Assembly (NCBI RefSeq): GCF_016433145.1
Contig: NC_058130.1
Coordinates: forward strand, 89,641,911 to 89,705,910
From: Gracilinanus agilis
Lineage: Eukaryota
Length of the DNA: 64,000 nucleotides
Direction of reading: 5' to 3'
Shown here: positions 1 through 14,171 of the stretch, in pieces
How the letters are laid out: each line of letters opens with the position of its first letter
Position numbering within the stretch: the first letter of the stretch is position 1
Made by a program: the position numbers and the translations under genes
Notes under the pieces: model-generated
The model's input: the letters and a program-made list of their open reading frames with translations, nothing else
What the model was told of the DNA's origin: nothing
The model's database searches: none

Positions 1-135
1 GTCGGATACAAAAGCGACAAAAAAGATAAGAAACTTTGTAAAATATTGTGTGTGTGATTCCTTGTAAAATATTTTCAAATGGTTTATTACAAAAAAAATC
101 AGTTATTAAATAATGTTCATATTTTCACTTCAAAT
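1..135 (+). terminator. Probable 3'-UTR end and poly(A) signal of the upstream gene (CACNA2D2 by synteny)
   Basis: AT-rich UTR-like sequence with ATTAAA at 105-110 followed by a U-rich tract. In human, CACNA2D2 ends just upstream of TMEM115 in the same orientation. No coding sequence is visible, so the identity is inferred. Confidence 0.45.
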
Positions 136-739
136 CGTTCCCTTTCCATCCCACCATCTCCACTCCCGCCCCCAAACCTGATCTGTGGAGCTGAAGGCTC
201 TGCTGGGAAGAGCAATTCTCCGAAGTCCTCCTATTGGGGATCAGAGAACTGAGACCCAGCCTTGACTTTAGGTGTCCCTTTCATGGTCCTTTTCTCAAGC
301 AACCCCGGGTCTGATGAGAAAATCCTCATTTCAAACGATGTCTCTGGTAACCAGCCAACTGGCGGAAATAATCCTCTCTTCTCCCTCCCCCACGCCCAGA
401 CTGCTTCCTCGCAGCCCCGCCCTTGACGTCCCAAAATCCGGCCCCTTCGCTCTGGGCCTGGGACTCAGGGCAGTCCAAGGGCTGGAAGAAGGAAGTAGAG
501 TAGGATATTAACAACCCCAGCTCCGCAAAGCCTGGGGCGAGATGGGTGATGAGTGCGAGTCTCGTCCTGCCCACCCACTCCAGACAGCTGGAACCCCCAG
601 ACCCAGGCCCAATTTCCCAAGCCATTGCTGCCTTTCCAGCCCCAGGGCAGTCCTTCAGGCCGTGGGTGAGCCAGAAACTCTTTTAGACCCTCGAATATTC
701 AGAGTGAGGCTGACCTCTCTCCCATCACTCCCCGCTCCG

Positions 740-1234
740 GAACCACAACTCCCAACACGTCCCTCGCTTGCGATCCAATCGGCGCAGGCGCCGTTCTCAC
801 TGCCTCACACTGGGAGGCGGACTCCAAATCCCATCGTGCCTCGGGGCCGGGAGTCGCGGAGTGGCCCGCTCCTGTTACGCAGGCGCAGTGGTCTGTTTGT
901 CGGCCCAGGAGGAGTCGGAGGCGGCTGCGGTGGTGGCGGCGAAGGAGGCCGCGACCTGAGGAAACCTGGTGGCAGCAACGGCGGCGAGAGTGGACTTGGC
1001 CTCCAACCCATGCTCAGGCCCCTCGGGGGTCCTCGGCGCTGAGCCTCGGCCCCGCGGAGGAAGACGGGGAGGGCGCCCCCCGGCGGCGGGAGGGCGGACC
1101 GACCCGGGGCGGATGGGGGAGGCCGCGGCCTGAGGCCAGAGCCGGCCCGGCCCGCGCGGGGTCCCCCAGCGGGCCCGGGGGCCCGGCCCCATCTCTAGGC
1201 CAGGCCCCCGCCCGCGGTCCGCAGCCCCCAGAAG
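740..1234 (+). promoter_or_regulatory. TMEM115 CpG-island promoter and 5'-UTR
   Basis: Dense CpG. ZNF143/SBS-like motifs accacaactcccaacacg (742-759) and actccaaatcccatcgtgc (821-839); NRF1-like gcgcaggcg (782-790); CCAAT just before 781. Confidence 0.75.
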
Positions 1235-2109
1235 ATGCAGCAGCCGCAGCGGCCCGGGCTGGCGCTTGGGCCCGGGGCCCGCCTGCCCCTGGGCGCCGCC
1301 CTGGCCAGCGCCAGCGTGGTGGTGAAGGCCCTGTGCGCCTCCGTGCTGCTCCTCTACCTGTTGTCCTTCGCGCTGGACACGGCTGTGGGCCTGGCCGTCA
1401 CCCCCGGCTACCTCTTCCCGCCCAATTTCTGGGTCTGGACCCTGGCCACGCACGGGCTGGTGGAGCTGCACATGTGGGATGTGGCCCTGAGCCTGGCCAC
1501 GGTGGTGGCAGCCGGCCAGCTGCTGGAGCCACTCTGGGGGGCCCTGGAGCTGCTCGTGTTCTTCGCTGTGGTGAACGTGTCCGTGGGGCTGCTGGGTGCC
1601 TTCGCCTACCTCCTCACCTACATGGCCTCCTTCAACCTGGCCTATCTCTTCACCGTGCGCATCCACGGGGTGCTGGGCTTCCTGGGCGGGGTCCTGGTGG
1701 CCCTCAAACAGACTATGGGGGACAGCGTGGTGCTGAAGGTGCCCCAAGTGCGGATGCGGGTGGTACCCATGCTGCTGCTTGTCTCCCTGATGTTGCTACG
1801 ACTCACTCCTCTGGTGGACAGCAGTGCCCTGGCTTCCTATGGCTTTGGGGTGCTCTCAGGCTGGGTGTACTTGCGATTCTACCAGCGCCACAGCCGGGGC
1901 AGGGGGGATATGTCGGACCATTTTGCCTTTGCCACCTTCTTCCCCGAAATCCTGCAGCCTGTTGTGGCCCTGGTGGCAAACTTGGTGCACAGTCTCCTCG
2001 TGAAGGTGAAGGTCTGCAGAAAGACTGTGAAGCGCTATGACGTGGGGGCTCCTTCTTCCATAACCATTAGCCTCCCTGGCACAGACCCCCAGGATGCTGA
2101 GCGGAGAAG
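1235..2109 (+). CDS. TMEM115: Transmembrane protein 115, coding exon 1
   Basis: Translation ...ASASVVVKALCA...FPPNFWVWTLATHGL...PGTDPQDAERR matches TMEM115. Donor AG|GTAGG at 2110, phase 2. Confidence 0.97.
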
Positions 2110-5100
2110 GTAGGCTCATAAGGTTCATAGATTTAGAACGGGTGGGGGGGGGTGGAACTTTAGAAATCGTCCAATCCACTCCCCACACTTTACAGATGAA
2201 AAACTGAGATCTAAAGTTGCACTATTTACCCAGGGTCATACAGTTTAGCAGGGCAGGGTTCAAACCCCAGTTCTCCATTTCCAAATCCATTGTGCTTGAC
2301 ATTCGAGGGTGACATCCTATCAGGTACTGTAGCATACTCTGAAACCTCAGGAACCCAAACCCAGTGCTGCTCCATTTAGGGACTTCATTCTTATGGTTTC
2401 TATTTCTAAACCTTCACTGAACATCCAGTTTTATGTGCCATTTTGCTGGGAGCTGAAGCTCCAACATAAAACATTATGGTGCCCTCTTTCTTTTGGTGCC
2501 AGGAAACTAGAGAAAGCTAGGAACCTAATCTGATTGTTTTTGAGTCTAGAGGCAAAGGAAGGGACAGGCTGAATGACCACTTGTCTGGAAGAGTCTCACA
2601 TTTGACTTGTGTTGTACTGATTGTGCATGTAGAACTTACTGAAAAAGGTGGGAATTGCCTAAAGTCCTATAGATTGTAAGCTACAGAGCTAGAAGTTGAA
2701 GTTAAGCTATCAGGGTTAAATGACTTGCCCAGGGTCACATAGCTACGGAAGGCCTGTCTGAGGCCAGATTTGAACCCATGTCTTCCCATGTCCAAGCCTG
2801 GCACTTTATGCACTGTTCTGCCTAGCTACCCTGACCCAAAACTCTTGATTCCACTATGTTGACTTGGTGTCTTCTGAAGCCTCAGGACTCTAGATCCCTC
2901 TAATTCATACTTTTTTGAATATTAAGTTTTTCTCAGTGTGTAAAATGTAAAGCCTGTATGAGAGCTAGAATTCACTATTCTCTAAACTCTGATATAATCA
3001 TATTTTTTCCTGCAATCTTGGGTTTACCTAAATGTCCCAAAGCTCAAGGTTTTTCTGCTAGATTCATTGCCTGTAGATGTGAAAGCTTGAGGTATTATTG
3101 CCAGAAAGCTCTACTCTTTGGTAGGTAAAGCTTGCTGCTTCATTTCTCCCCTGAGCTCCCTAGGGGACAGCCAGACCCATTGAATAAATCAGCTGTCTCT
3201 GTTTCCCCAGAGAAAATTGCTGTTTCACTTCCTGTAAACCAAGCTAGGCTTCAGCTACATTATTCACACATACATGAAATCATAGCTTGCCCTTTTCCTC
3301 AGGTTATTAGCATACTTCAAGTAGGAGAAAGAACCCCTCCATTTAACTACATCAACATCAGATCTCACTCACCTTCAACTTTATTCTTAAAAATTATCAC
3401 TTTGGAACAGTCAGCTAGGATCTGGGCCTGAAGAGTTTAGAAAGTGCTTTCCTAAACTTTTCACTGATTGCACAACTCTGTTAAAACAGGTAATAGCAGT
3501 ATAGTTTGCTCCATTTGACAGAGGAAGAAGTTAAAATCAGAAGAGAAATGAGTTGGTCAGGTTCACCCAGTGAGTGTCAGAGCTGGGACAGGAATCCAGG
3601 TTCTTGGGACTCTAGTTGCTCCAAGGAACGTGTACTTAAAACATGAAACAAGCTTCTTGGCGCTGAGAGAGAGGGTGTGGGCTTGATTCTAGAGTTCCTT
3701 TGTACCCAGAGCAGAGATCAGTCTTAACCACACAGAAGAAGATTAGGGGTGGGGCCAGGAAACATTTTTGGCTCCTCCCTGTAGCTCCTGAGGAAAAGAT
3801 TCCTAGAATAGTATTTAAAACTGTTCTCTTGGCCTCTCAGCATTCTTTTTCTCTCCTCCCAGGTGAGACTAGGAACAAGCTGACTTTTTCCATTCCAGGC
3901 TGTGTGGTAAAGACAAACTCGACAATTACTTGCTCTCTCCTGGCTGGGAACTTCAGGAGCTGAAAGGGCCCAACTAAGAAATGGGACAAATAATTTATAG
4001 GCAAACTTAGCATGTCTGTCCAAAGAACAAATACAGGAAGATGATTACGAGGCCGCTGAGGATGACAGCACTTTGGCCTCCCTGTTCCCAATTGTCACCT
4101 ACCAGTTAAGCAGGTTTCTACCAGCCCTGACTGAGTTTAGGGTCGTGGGATGGATTAGGAAGTACAAATGATCTATAACCACACAGATCAGTTAGCAAGC
4201 TTAGCCTTCCATCACCATGGTAGCTACCTTGAACCCACCTAATGGATCCCAGTCTCTGGAGCTGCTCATGCGCATTCATAATCTTAAGAGAACCTCTCAA
4301 CAGAACAAGTTGAACCCTGGTGTAATGGAGTGTGTAATGGAAAATTCTGAAGCTCTGGAGTCTAATCTGGACTCCTAGCAGTTACCAGAACTCCTGACTC
4401 CAGGTTCCTCATTACACTTGTACTGCCTATGTTTTAGAACTGTTGGCAGGAAAGTGTTTTGCCAATCTTAAAGTAACATAGAAAAAGCCTTGATCCAAAA
4501 CTCAAATGTCTGTTAACTGATTAGAGATCATCACTCCAGAAAAAGTGTAGGAAGTGACTGGAGGAATAGGGAAAGCTTATTCCCCACAGATGGAAACTAA
4601 GGCCCAAAGAAGAGGAAAGGGTTTGCCTAAGTTTATATAGTGAATAATAAAGCTCACCTCAGAGGATGGTGCCAAGACTCCTTCCCTGCTTCACTATCTT
4701 ACTTGGGAAATTTACCCTCAAGCTATGGATAGCAGACCCTCAAAAGGAATGGTTTAGTCCCCCTAACCAGAAGGGAAACACTTGTCACAGCTTGGCCTGG
4801 AGATCCTTCCCCAAAGAAGATCCCACCCTGTGCCTGGGGGCAATGGACTTAGTGTAAGAGGCTCAGCTGCTTCAGAATATATGTCCTGAAGCCCCTGGTG
4901 TGGAGGGAGGAATAGCTGACACTGGTAAAATTTATAGTAGGGCTGGGCAACAGAGATTAAGTGATTTGCCCAAGGTCATCCTGCTAGGAAGTACCTGAGA
5001 TTTGAACCCAGGATCTCCTGCCTCTAGGCCTGGCTGTCCATCTACTATGCCACCTAGCTACCCCTAGCAGTCTCACTTTCAAAGTAGCTACTCCTCAAGA

Positions 5101-6124
5101 AGTCCAGGACACTACAAAGGCTCATTCCTAATTGCTTTCTGGTTTCCATCTCATGTCCTATATATCATTCTAAGTATTGCTCCTCACTGCCCTCAGGCCT
5201 CAGAAATATTGTAGATTGAGACCCAACACATACCTGCCCTGAGGACCTAGTCCTGAAGGGACTCCACCCAACACCCACCCTCCCCCCCTCGTAATCCAAG
5301 AAGGTAGTACCTCTGCAGTGCCTTCTTCAACTATAGAACTACCACAGCAGGACAAGTGCACAGGAATGACTTGGGATTGCCAGGGAAAGAAGGCAAGCAG
5401 CAACAGCTGGCTGATAGCATGCAGTGCCTGTTTCTTTGGAGACATTTTAATTTGATCCTCACAGCAGGTAGTATAAGTTTCATCCTCATCTTACAAATGG
5501 GGGAACCAAGCTCAGAGTGACACAATTAGTAGTAAGTAAACCACTGGACCAGATTGAAAGAACATTTTCTGACTTCAGCTCCAGTGTTCTCCCACTAATT
5601 CAAGGCAAAACTCCCCCCCATCATCAATAGCACCCAGCAGGCACAACTCAACTATATTCAGACTGAATATTGACTGGATTGACCTAAAATGAAAAATCGA
5701 TCGGAAAAGGAGCAAATTGTTTTCAGAATGACAAAGACAGCGGGAAGGGGAATATAGTAGGGATATGAGCAGCTAAGTGGTGCAGTAGATAAAGCATTGG
5801 ACCTGGAGGCAAGAAGACATGACTTCTTCCTGAGTTCAAATTTGGCCTCAGACACTTTCTAGCTACGTGATCTTGGGCAGGTCACTTAACCCTGTTTGCC
5901 TCAGTTCCTCATCAGTTTAAAAAAGAAAATGAGCTAGAGAAGAAAATGGCAAGCTACTCCAATATCTTTGCCAAGAAAACTCCAAATTGACCATGAATCA
6001 ACTAAAACAGGATATATGGGGAACTATAAAGCTGATAGAAAAAGCTCTGGTAGGCAGCACAGAGGTTTTGATGTAACTGAGACCAAGCCCTCCCCATAAC
6101 AATCCCATGTCTTTCCTTCCACAG

Positions 6125-6329
6125 GCAACTAGCCCTGAAGGCCCTAAATGAGCGGTTGAAGCGAGTAGAAGACCAGGCTGCCTGGCCTAGCATGGATGAT
6201 GAGGATGATGAGGCCATGAGCAAGGTGGACAGCCCCCTGCTCCCTGAGAAAATCCCCAATCCCCCTGGGAAAGGGGCTGCCCCTGAATCCAGTCTGATCA
6301 CCTTTGAGGAGGCCCCTCCCCAGTTGTAA
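6125..6329 (+). CDS. TMEM115: Transmembrane protein 115, coding exon 2
   Basis: Acceptor ccttccacag|G; encodes (R)QLALKALNERLKRVEDQ...PESSLITFEEAPPQL, stop TAA 6327-6329. Confidence 0.97.
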
Positions 6330-7043
6330 CCAGACCTCCCAGCCCAAGGGCACAACTCCCTTTCCCCAGCCTGGTCAGTAGTCACACCATTTGGACCACC
6401 CTGCCTCTCTTTATCTCCCTGCTCAGCCATACCCAGAAGCTGACTGCTTCCCAAGGAGAGAAGGCAAGGAGGGAAATCCTTTTAGGTCCATGGGGTCACA
6501 TTGTGTGTACTCTCTGTTGATGCCAACACTATGCTCCCCTCCACCCCCAAGGCCTGGCTAACCCACCAGACAACCACTAAGTCCAGGAGTAAGGAGCACG
6601 TGGCCTGGGGCCTGGCCCAAGTTCAGCCTCATAATCCCAGTTCACTGGTTTGGCAATCAGGCCCAGTGGGGTAACCTGATTCCTTGGATTCTATGGTAGA
6701 CCTTTGTTGGTAGAGCAGTCCCTCTTCCTGCTTTCAGCTACCAAGTAAAGGTTTGCCAAAAAAGAATTCTGAGGGCACCAGGCTTGAAGCTGGATATGAC
6801 AAAGCCCAGCCCCAAGGCACCTCTGCCACCCTGCCACTCCTAATCCCTCTATCCCAGGGATATGTTAGTATTGCAGTTTGGTTTTTCCTTGGCTGGGGTA
6901 AGGCAGGACATGTGAGTAAGGCTTGAGATAGCCTTCATCCCCAGGTCTGGACTCTCCAGAATAGGGACTTCTGTCGGGGCTAAAATTCATAGGGGTGTTT
7001 TTTTAAAGGACCACTTGAATGGGGAGCCTGGACTCTCAGTATA

Positions 7044-7049
7044 AATAAA
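7044..7049 (+). terminator. TMEM115 poly(A) signal
   Basis: First AATAAA downstream of the stop, about 715 nt into the 3'-UTR, followed by a T-rich tract. Confidence 0.7.
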
Positions 7050-8334
7050 GCAGTTCTTTGAGGACGGGCTCCTAGTGGCTTTGTCCTGAGCACATGCCTC
7101 ACTGAATGGTTGTTGAGGTCCAGCCTTCCCAGGACCCACAAGACTTCGGACTGCATTGTGGGTTGCTGCTTTTGTCCCCTGCTAGGCTTTAAGCTGTCGG
7201 AATGGAGACTGCCATCACCTCACCATCATCTTTTCTACTCTGTTCTCGTCTTACAACTGAATATTTTTACTCATCACTTCTCAAATCCCTCCATTTTCCT
7301 TCTTGTAGCTTGCCATGACTTCTGCTCCTCTGCTGGCCTCTGGGAGAAGAGTAGATCTAACTTAAAGCTAATAACACCTCTTGCCTAGGGCTTCTTGCTC
7401 TTTTTCTTTGGAGCAGGCCCAGCTGCCTTCATTATGAGAAGAGATAGATGCCAAGGCTTTACACTGGCCACAGATACCATCTCCTCTATCCTTTGTCCTC
7501 TACTTTGAGGGGTCAGGTTAGCTCTTTTCTCCATCTTGCCATACCCACACCCAGCCCTTAGCTCTTTGGGCTAATTCAGTATTAACTCACACAGAAGGGA
7601 TTATATCTCATTGGTTACTTCCAGTCATTCCCTTGACCCATTCAGGCACTAACTCTTGAACCAGTAAGACACCAATTATAAGTACGCAGAGATGAATAAG
7701 TAGATAGAAGAGCTTTATAGGAAGTACAAGAACACAGCTTTAACTCCTTGGCCTTACCCTCCCACCATCCCTGCTCCCTGGGAAATGGCAGGTTCTCCTC
7801 AGGCCTTCCTGACTTGCAAACAAGGGGAAGCTGCTCCACCCTCAAGAGCCAAGGCCTGACTGGTAACAAAATCCATCCAAACTCCACTGCTACCCCTGAC
7901 AAAACAGTGCTTCAGCTGACCCAACCTGTTTCTTCACAAGGGTAGTACGAAGAACGGTACCTGCAAGAATCAGCTCTGGCTCAGAGTTCTTCCTTTCCAT
8001 GGGCACTTTTAAAAAAATTTTTGCTAACACTGATAAGAGTATAAAAGAAGCAGAAGAGGCAGGATAGGGTGCCAGCAGTCCATCCACATGTACACATGCC
8101 CCTTCACAGATGGCAAGAAGATGCAGAGAAAGGAGTCTGTATGTGGGGCACAGAGCACCTTTCCTTGCTCCACATACATCTCTTCCACCTGTCCCCCAAA
8201 GGGACAATGTATGACCCAGGCCTGCTCATATCAGGAGAGCCAAGATAATCCTAGCAGCACTGTGAGCAGCTTTTCTGGGCGGAATGCAGGGCTACTGCAG
8301 TAGGGAGAGATGGGGCACATGGATGCTGTCTCCT

Positions 8335-8838
8335 TCATGGCTGGATCCTTTTGCGGTACAAGTAGGCATTGCTCACCTGATTCATGACCACCAGGCTAGT
8401 AAGAATGGGACAGAGGGCAGCCAGGTACCAGGAAGCACCAACCAGTGTGGTGGTAAACCAGAGGGAGCACATGCCCAAGAGGAGGCTAGTACTGCCCAGG
8501 AGGTAGCCCACCAGGCCTGAGGTGGCATGGTACAGCTTCAGCTTGGCTAACGGCCATCGTGGTAGCAATTTGGGGCATAGCAGCACCAGCCCGCCTGTGC
8601 ACTGCAGCCCAGCCCACAGCACTGACAGCAGCCCTGCCCACCCATGCCATGTAGCCAGGTGAGCTTTGCCGTGCTGCTCTTTATTGTAGATAATCAGGCC
8701 CAAGCCCAGCAGGGCACACAGCAGGGCCAGCAGTTGAAGTGCCCAATGGCATCGTGCCCGACCTTTTCGAGAGAAGGATCGTAACAAGGAACTCTCTGGA
8801 GAGAAGACCAGCAGCGCTTCTGTCATCAGGAAGGAGAA
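8335..8838 (-). CDS. CYB561D2: Cytochrome b561 family member D2, last coding exon
   Basis: Minus-strand acceptor ctccccag|TTC; [19 protein letters not shown]...HWALQLLA...[10 protein letters not shown]...[14 protein letters not shown], with the haem-ligand His residues present. Confidence 0.96.
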   Translation of the reverse strand, partial: FSFLMTEALLVFSPESSLLRSFSRKGRARCHWALQLLALLCALLGLGLIIYNKEQHGKAHLATWHGWAGLLSVLWAGLQCTGGLVLLCPKLLPRWPLAKLKLYHATSGLVGYLLGSTSLLLGMCSLWFTTTLVGASWYLAALCPILTSLVVMNQVSNAYLYRKRIQP

Positions 8839-9650
8839 CTGGGGAGACAGATATGGCCAAAGCATGAGCTCGGACATCATGACTAAAAGTAGCCAACTTT
8901 CAACAAGCCAATCTTAATGAAAGCTCTACAGCAGAAAAGAAGAGCAGCTAAACTAAACATTTCTACCTGGCTCCAAAATTCAAGCTATGACTTTTCCATA
9001 ATGGCTCAAATTACCTTCCTGATGTTATCCACTTCAAGCTGGCATTACATTAGGCCAACTGAATTTAGGTGGTGAAAAGGTAGGGGTACTAGGGAACTAG
9101 CAATAGAGCCCACCTGCAATAATCAAGAGCTAACATACCACAAATTTTCCTTTTTAATTCAAATATTTATTTCTTTGGTGCCTTTTTGAAATATTACCTC
9201 ATTGCTTTGCACACATAGACATGCACACTGAGTTTTTGCAATAGCAGCTTGGAAAGAAAAACCTCTAAGGTCTAGATAATGAATTTGTTCCATTGTCACC
9301 AAAGTAGGACTGATATGGAATGGGTATCGTTTCATTCTGTAAGAGCAAGCTAAATAGGGAGTATTTCAGGGAAAATTAGATGACTTTTAATAGGCTAAAC
9401 TAAGGGACTTAAGTGCATCTAGGCATATGCATATATCAACTTAGAGCCTTAAAATGAACCAGTAACTTATTTGCCCAGCGAGGGCTACAAACTTCTGATA
9501 CTAGGGACAAGCAAACACAGCAGGAATGGGCCTTAGGTGGTTATTGATGTTTATCCCAGATCAACCTCCTCTACTATCCAAGGCCCATGCCCATATTGCC
9601 CTCCAGGGCATCATCCAAGCCAAAGACCAAAAAGGAAATAGGTTACTTAC

Positions 9651-9688
9651 CGCAAGAGACATAAGCACCGGGTGCCAGGAGAAGAGAC
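9651..9688 (-). CDS. CYB561D2: CYB561D2, middle coding exon (38 nt)
   Basis: tttttccag|GT CTC TTC TCC TGG CAC CCG GTG CTT ATG TCT CTT GCG|gtaagt = (S)LFSWHPVLMSLA. Confidence 0.95.
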
Positions 9689-10621
9689 CTGGAAAAAGGA
9701 GGAAGGTTGCAACCAAAGGAGATCTAGAAACTGGGCTTGTACATGTCATCTAAGCTAAAGGGTAAGGGCAGCAATAGTATCTCCTTACAAGTGGGTGTAT
9801 GAGAGGGCTCCCCAACTAGGTAGTCTAACCCAGCTCAACTTGAAGAGGTCAGAGGTGGCTTTTCTCCAAGCAGCCATTGCCTAGAGTAACTAGAAGAGCA
9901 TTCCAGACCTTTTTGAGTTTATCCAGAGGGAAGATGGAACTGATCCTGGACTAACACCTCACACCACCACCCATTTTCCAACTAGGTCAGAGTTCAGCCA
10001 ACATCAATTAGGAAGTTTCTAACTCTGGCTCCAGATTTCCAGACACCTACCCAGGAATTAGATAAAACTTTTGGAGATCCTGGAAGTGGACTGGCTGACC
10101 TAGCCAAAGAACCCCTAAACTTCACCACTGACAAGTAAGAACCTTGTCAATTTTTCCCACGAGTAGTGGGGACACATCTAGCAGGAAGTGCTGAGCTGTA
10201 GGCCAAGTGAAAGATGATCTCCAAATTTCCTTCAGGCTCTTATCCGATGGCTAGGATCCTTGTGCCTGGCAACCGACACAGGTAGTAACTGACCCTTTCC
10301 CCAAGGCAGACGGGAAATAATCTGAGGCACGGATGGGGGACATGTCTTGTTGGAGAATCCAGAAGTATCTGGGGTGGGTCATACAAGTAAAATATGCCAA
10401 GATTATAAAGTCTGGCCAAGGGGTATTTTTTGCAGGAATGCAACTGGCGCCTCGCAAGCCAGACCCAAGCCGACAAACCTCCCTGGATACCTTCCACAGG
10501 GAAACGGAGGACGGGAGCTGCCCTGGCCCCGCACGTCCAGGAGTTTCGTTCTAGGCCCCTCCTTCCCGAACCACCTCCTGGCCCTCAGCAGAGGTGTGCA
10601 CTCTGACCCAATCCCACTTAC

Positions 10622-10748
10622 TGGAGCCGGGCCGAGCTAATACAGCCACGAAGATCGTGAAGCCGAGGGCTACAAGATGGGCAGCAGCCCCCGAGGCGGT
10701 GCGCAGGCCCCGGTAGATGCGCGACTCAGTCTCCACCGTCAGGGCCAT
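10622..10748 (-). CDS. CYB561D2: CYB561D2, first coding exon
   Basis: ATG at 10748; [42 protein letters not shown]; donor A|gtaagt. The three exons sum to 669 nt = 222 aa + stop. A likely acceptor at 10840-10841 implies an upstream non-coding exon. Confidence 0.95.
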
Positions 10749-10899
10749 ATCCCGAGGTGCCGAAATGGTCCTAAGGGCTCGGGGAGGGGGGGGCAAAAGC
10801 TGTCCCCCGAGACGATCCTCGCAGCCACTAGGGACCTGGCTGAAATAGAGAGACCGGTGTCACCCGCACCTGGACAGGTTAGCCAAGGAGTGAGGAGAC

Positions 10900-11895
<996 letters not shown>

Positions 11896-11898
11896 TAG

Positions 11899-11991
<93 letters not shown>

Positions 11992-13123
11992 TAAGTGGGC
12001 AGAGAGGGGGCCAACACCCCCTGACAGAAGGGGCAAAGGAGACATCTGCCCCAGGTGGGCCAGGAGGGCACAGCCATCTTCCCATTCACCCACAGCTCTA
12101 TAATCTTAGTTAAAACCGGGTCCCAAGGCTTCCTTAGCATTTACTCTACTTTAGCCAACCTTATCATGATGGGACAAATCTTTCTGAGTCCACCACTAGG
12201 ACAACTGCACATCTCCTTTTCTCAATTCATACAACCACCCCCACCTCCATCCCCCTCAACTTTCACTTGTTTAGACTACTACAATTGCCTACTAATTGTA
12301 CTTCCTACCTTCAGCCTGTCACCTCTCCAATGCATCTTCCACAGCATTACCAAGTGTATATCCTTAAAGTGCAAATCTGTTCACATCACTAGAGCAAACA
12401 GAGGCTGAATGGTTCCCTCTGAGCCTCTAGAATAAAAAAAAGAATTTCAGTGAGTGTGGCGTTTAAAGCCCTTTACAAGGCATCTACAATCTGTATTTTA
12501 ATATTGACTTTATATTATTCTCCCACATGTACTCTTCTAGCCAGGAAAACTAGCCTGTTTCCTATTATCCAAAGGTGTTATCCATCTCCTGTCTGTGCCT
12601 TTGTAGACTGGCTCCTCTACTGAAATGCTTTTTTTCCTCACTTCTGACTTCTAAAAACCATGGCTCCCTTCAAGATTCAGTTTTAATGCCACTTCCTACA
12701 AAAGCCCTTTCTTGATTCCCCCATTGTTTGTGCTTTCTGCTTCCCACCCACAACATTGGTCAAATGACTTCTATTTATTTTAAATCTCTTACTGAACACT
12801 TACTAGCTGTGTGACTGGGCAAGTCACTTGACCCCCACTGCCTAGCCTTTGATGCTCTTCTGCCTTAGAACCAATACACAGTATTGATTCTAAAACAGAA
12901 GGTAAGAATTTTTTTAAAAACCTCTTTTAACACTTTCTTATCCATGCACATATTTCCCCTAGTAGAATGTAAGCTCTTTAGGGACATGGACTGTTTCAGT
13001 TTTTATTCATGATAAAGATATCCACAGTACCTGGCATATGGTAAATGTGTGATGCTTATTGAATAGCAAATTGCTTTTTGGAAGAAAAAACTGGGACAGC
13101 CTTTCTTCGAACTGATATCAAGT

Positions 13124-13324
13124 GGGGCATCTGGGTGGCTCTGGGTTGAGAGCCAAGCTTAGAGACGGGAGGTCTTTGGTTCAAATCTGACCTCAAACAT
13201 AATCCAGCTGTGTGACCCTGGGCAAGTCCTTTAACCCCCATTGCCTAGTCCTTACCACTCTTCTGCCTTGGAACTAATACACAGTATTGATTCTAAGACT
13301 GAAGGTAAGGGTTTAAAAAAACAA
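13124..13324 (+). mobile_element. SINE1_Mdo-like tRNA-derived CORE-SINE (representative of dozens in the window)
   Basis: ggggcatctgggtggctc...ggttcaaatctgacctc...gaaggtaagggttt-A tail; 13-bp TSD aactgatatcaag (13110-13122 and 13325-13337). Confidence 0.9.
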
Positions 13325-13940
13325 AACTGATATCAAGAGAGACAGTAAGAGTTTTTTTAAAACACACAAAGAGACGGGAGGAATCAAGGAGGGACTTATA
13401 GAAGAGGTTTCACCTAAGCTGGACACCAAAGAGTACAATGTTGAGAGCTTATACATTCTTGACATGGAACAAAAAAAGACTGGGAAATAGTCTGGTTTGT
13501 TTGGGCAAGAAGTATAAAAAGGGAAATCATGTGAAATAAAAATATAAGTATAATGATCAGGTTCTTGAATGCCAGGAAAAAGGAGTTTATATTTTCTCCT
13601 GTAGGGAATAAGATTTTGAGAAAAGGAGTGGCATAATCAGAGCTGGACTCTACAATGATTAATCTGCAGAAGTAGAAAGATTACAGACTGCAGGGTCAAT
13701 TAAAAAGAGACTTAAAGTCAAGGACACAATTAAAAGTACCATAATCACCTTGGCATGAACTGACCAGGACCTGGACCAGCATAGTAGTGTTAGGAGAAGG
13801 GAAGAGGTAAGTGAGAAATCTTGCCTAGGGACAGGCAGCTGACAAGGCCCTAAACAAAAAACCCAGTCCCAAGGGCCCCAGGGACCTAGCTCCTATCATC
13901 TTCTCTAAGAGGTTTTCTACCTCCCATTCCCTTGTGCTGA

Positions 13941-14171
<231 letters not shown>

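Noticed and set aside
875-1747. 290-aa minus-strand ORF
   Set aside because: Antisense shadow of GC-rich TMEM115 exon 1; no recognisable protein.
2110-2113. Apparent TMEM115 stop in the ORF track
   Set aside because: The TAG is inside the intron donor; the frame continues in exon 2 at 6125.
8839-8880. N-terminal part ([14 protein letters not shown]) of the 181-aa CYB561D2 track ORF
   Set aside because: Intronic sequence upstream of the acceptor; the true N-terminus comes from the two upstream exons.
13124-13200. tRNA-like A/B boxes (ggctcagtgg...ggttcaaatc) recurring throughout the window
   Set aside because: They are heads of tRNA-derived SINEs; no cloverleaf or anticodon arm, so no tRNA gene is called.
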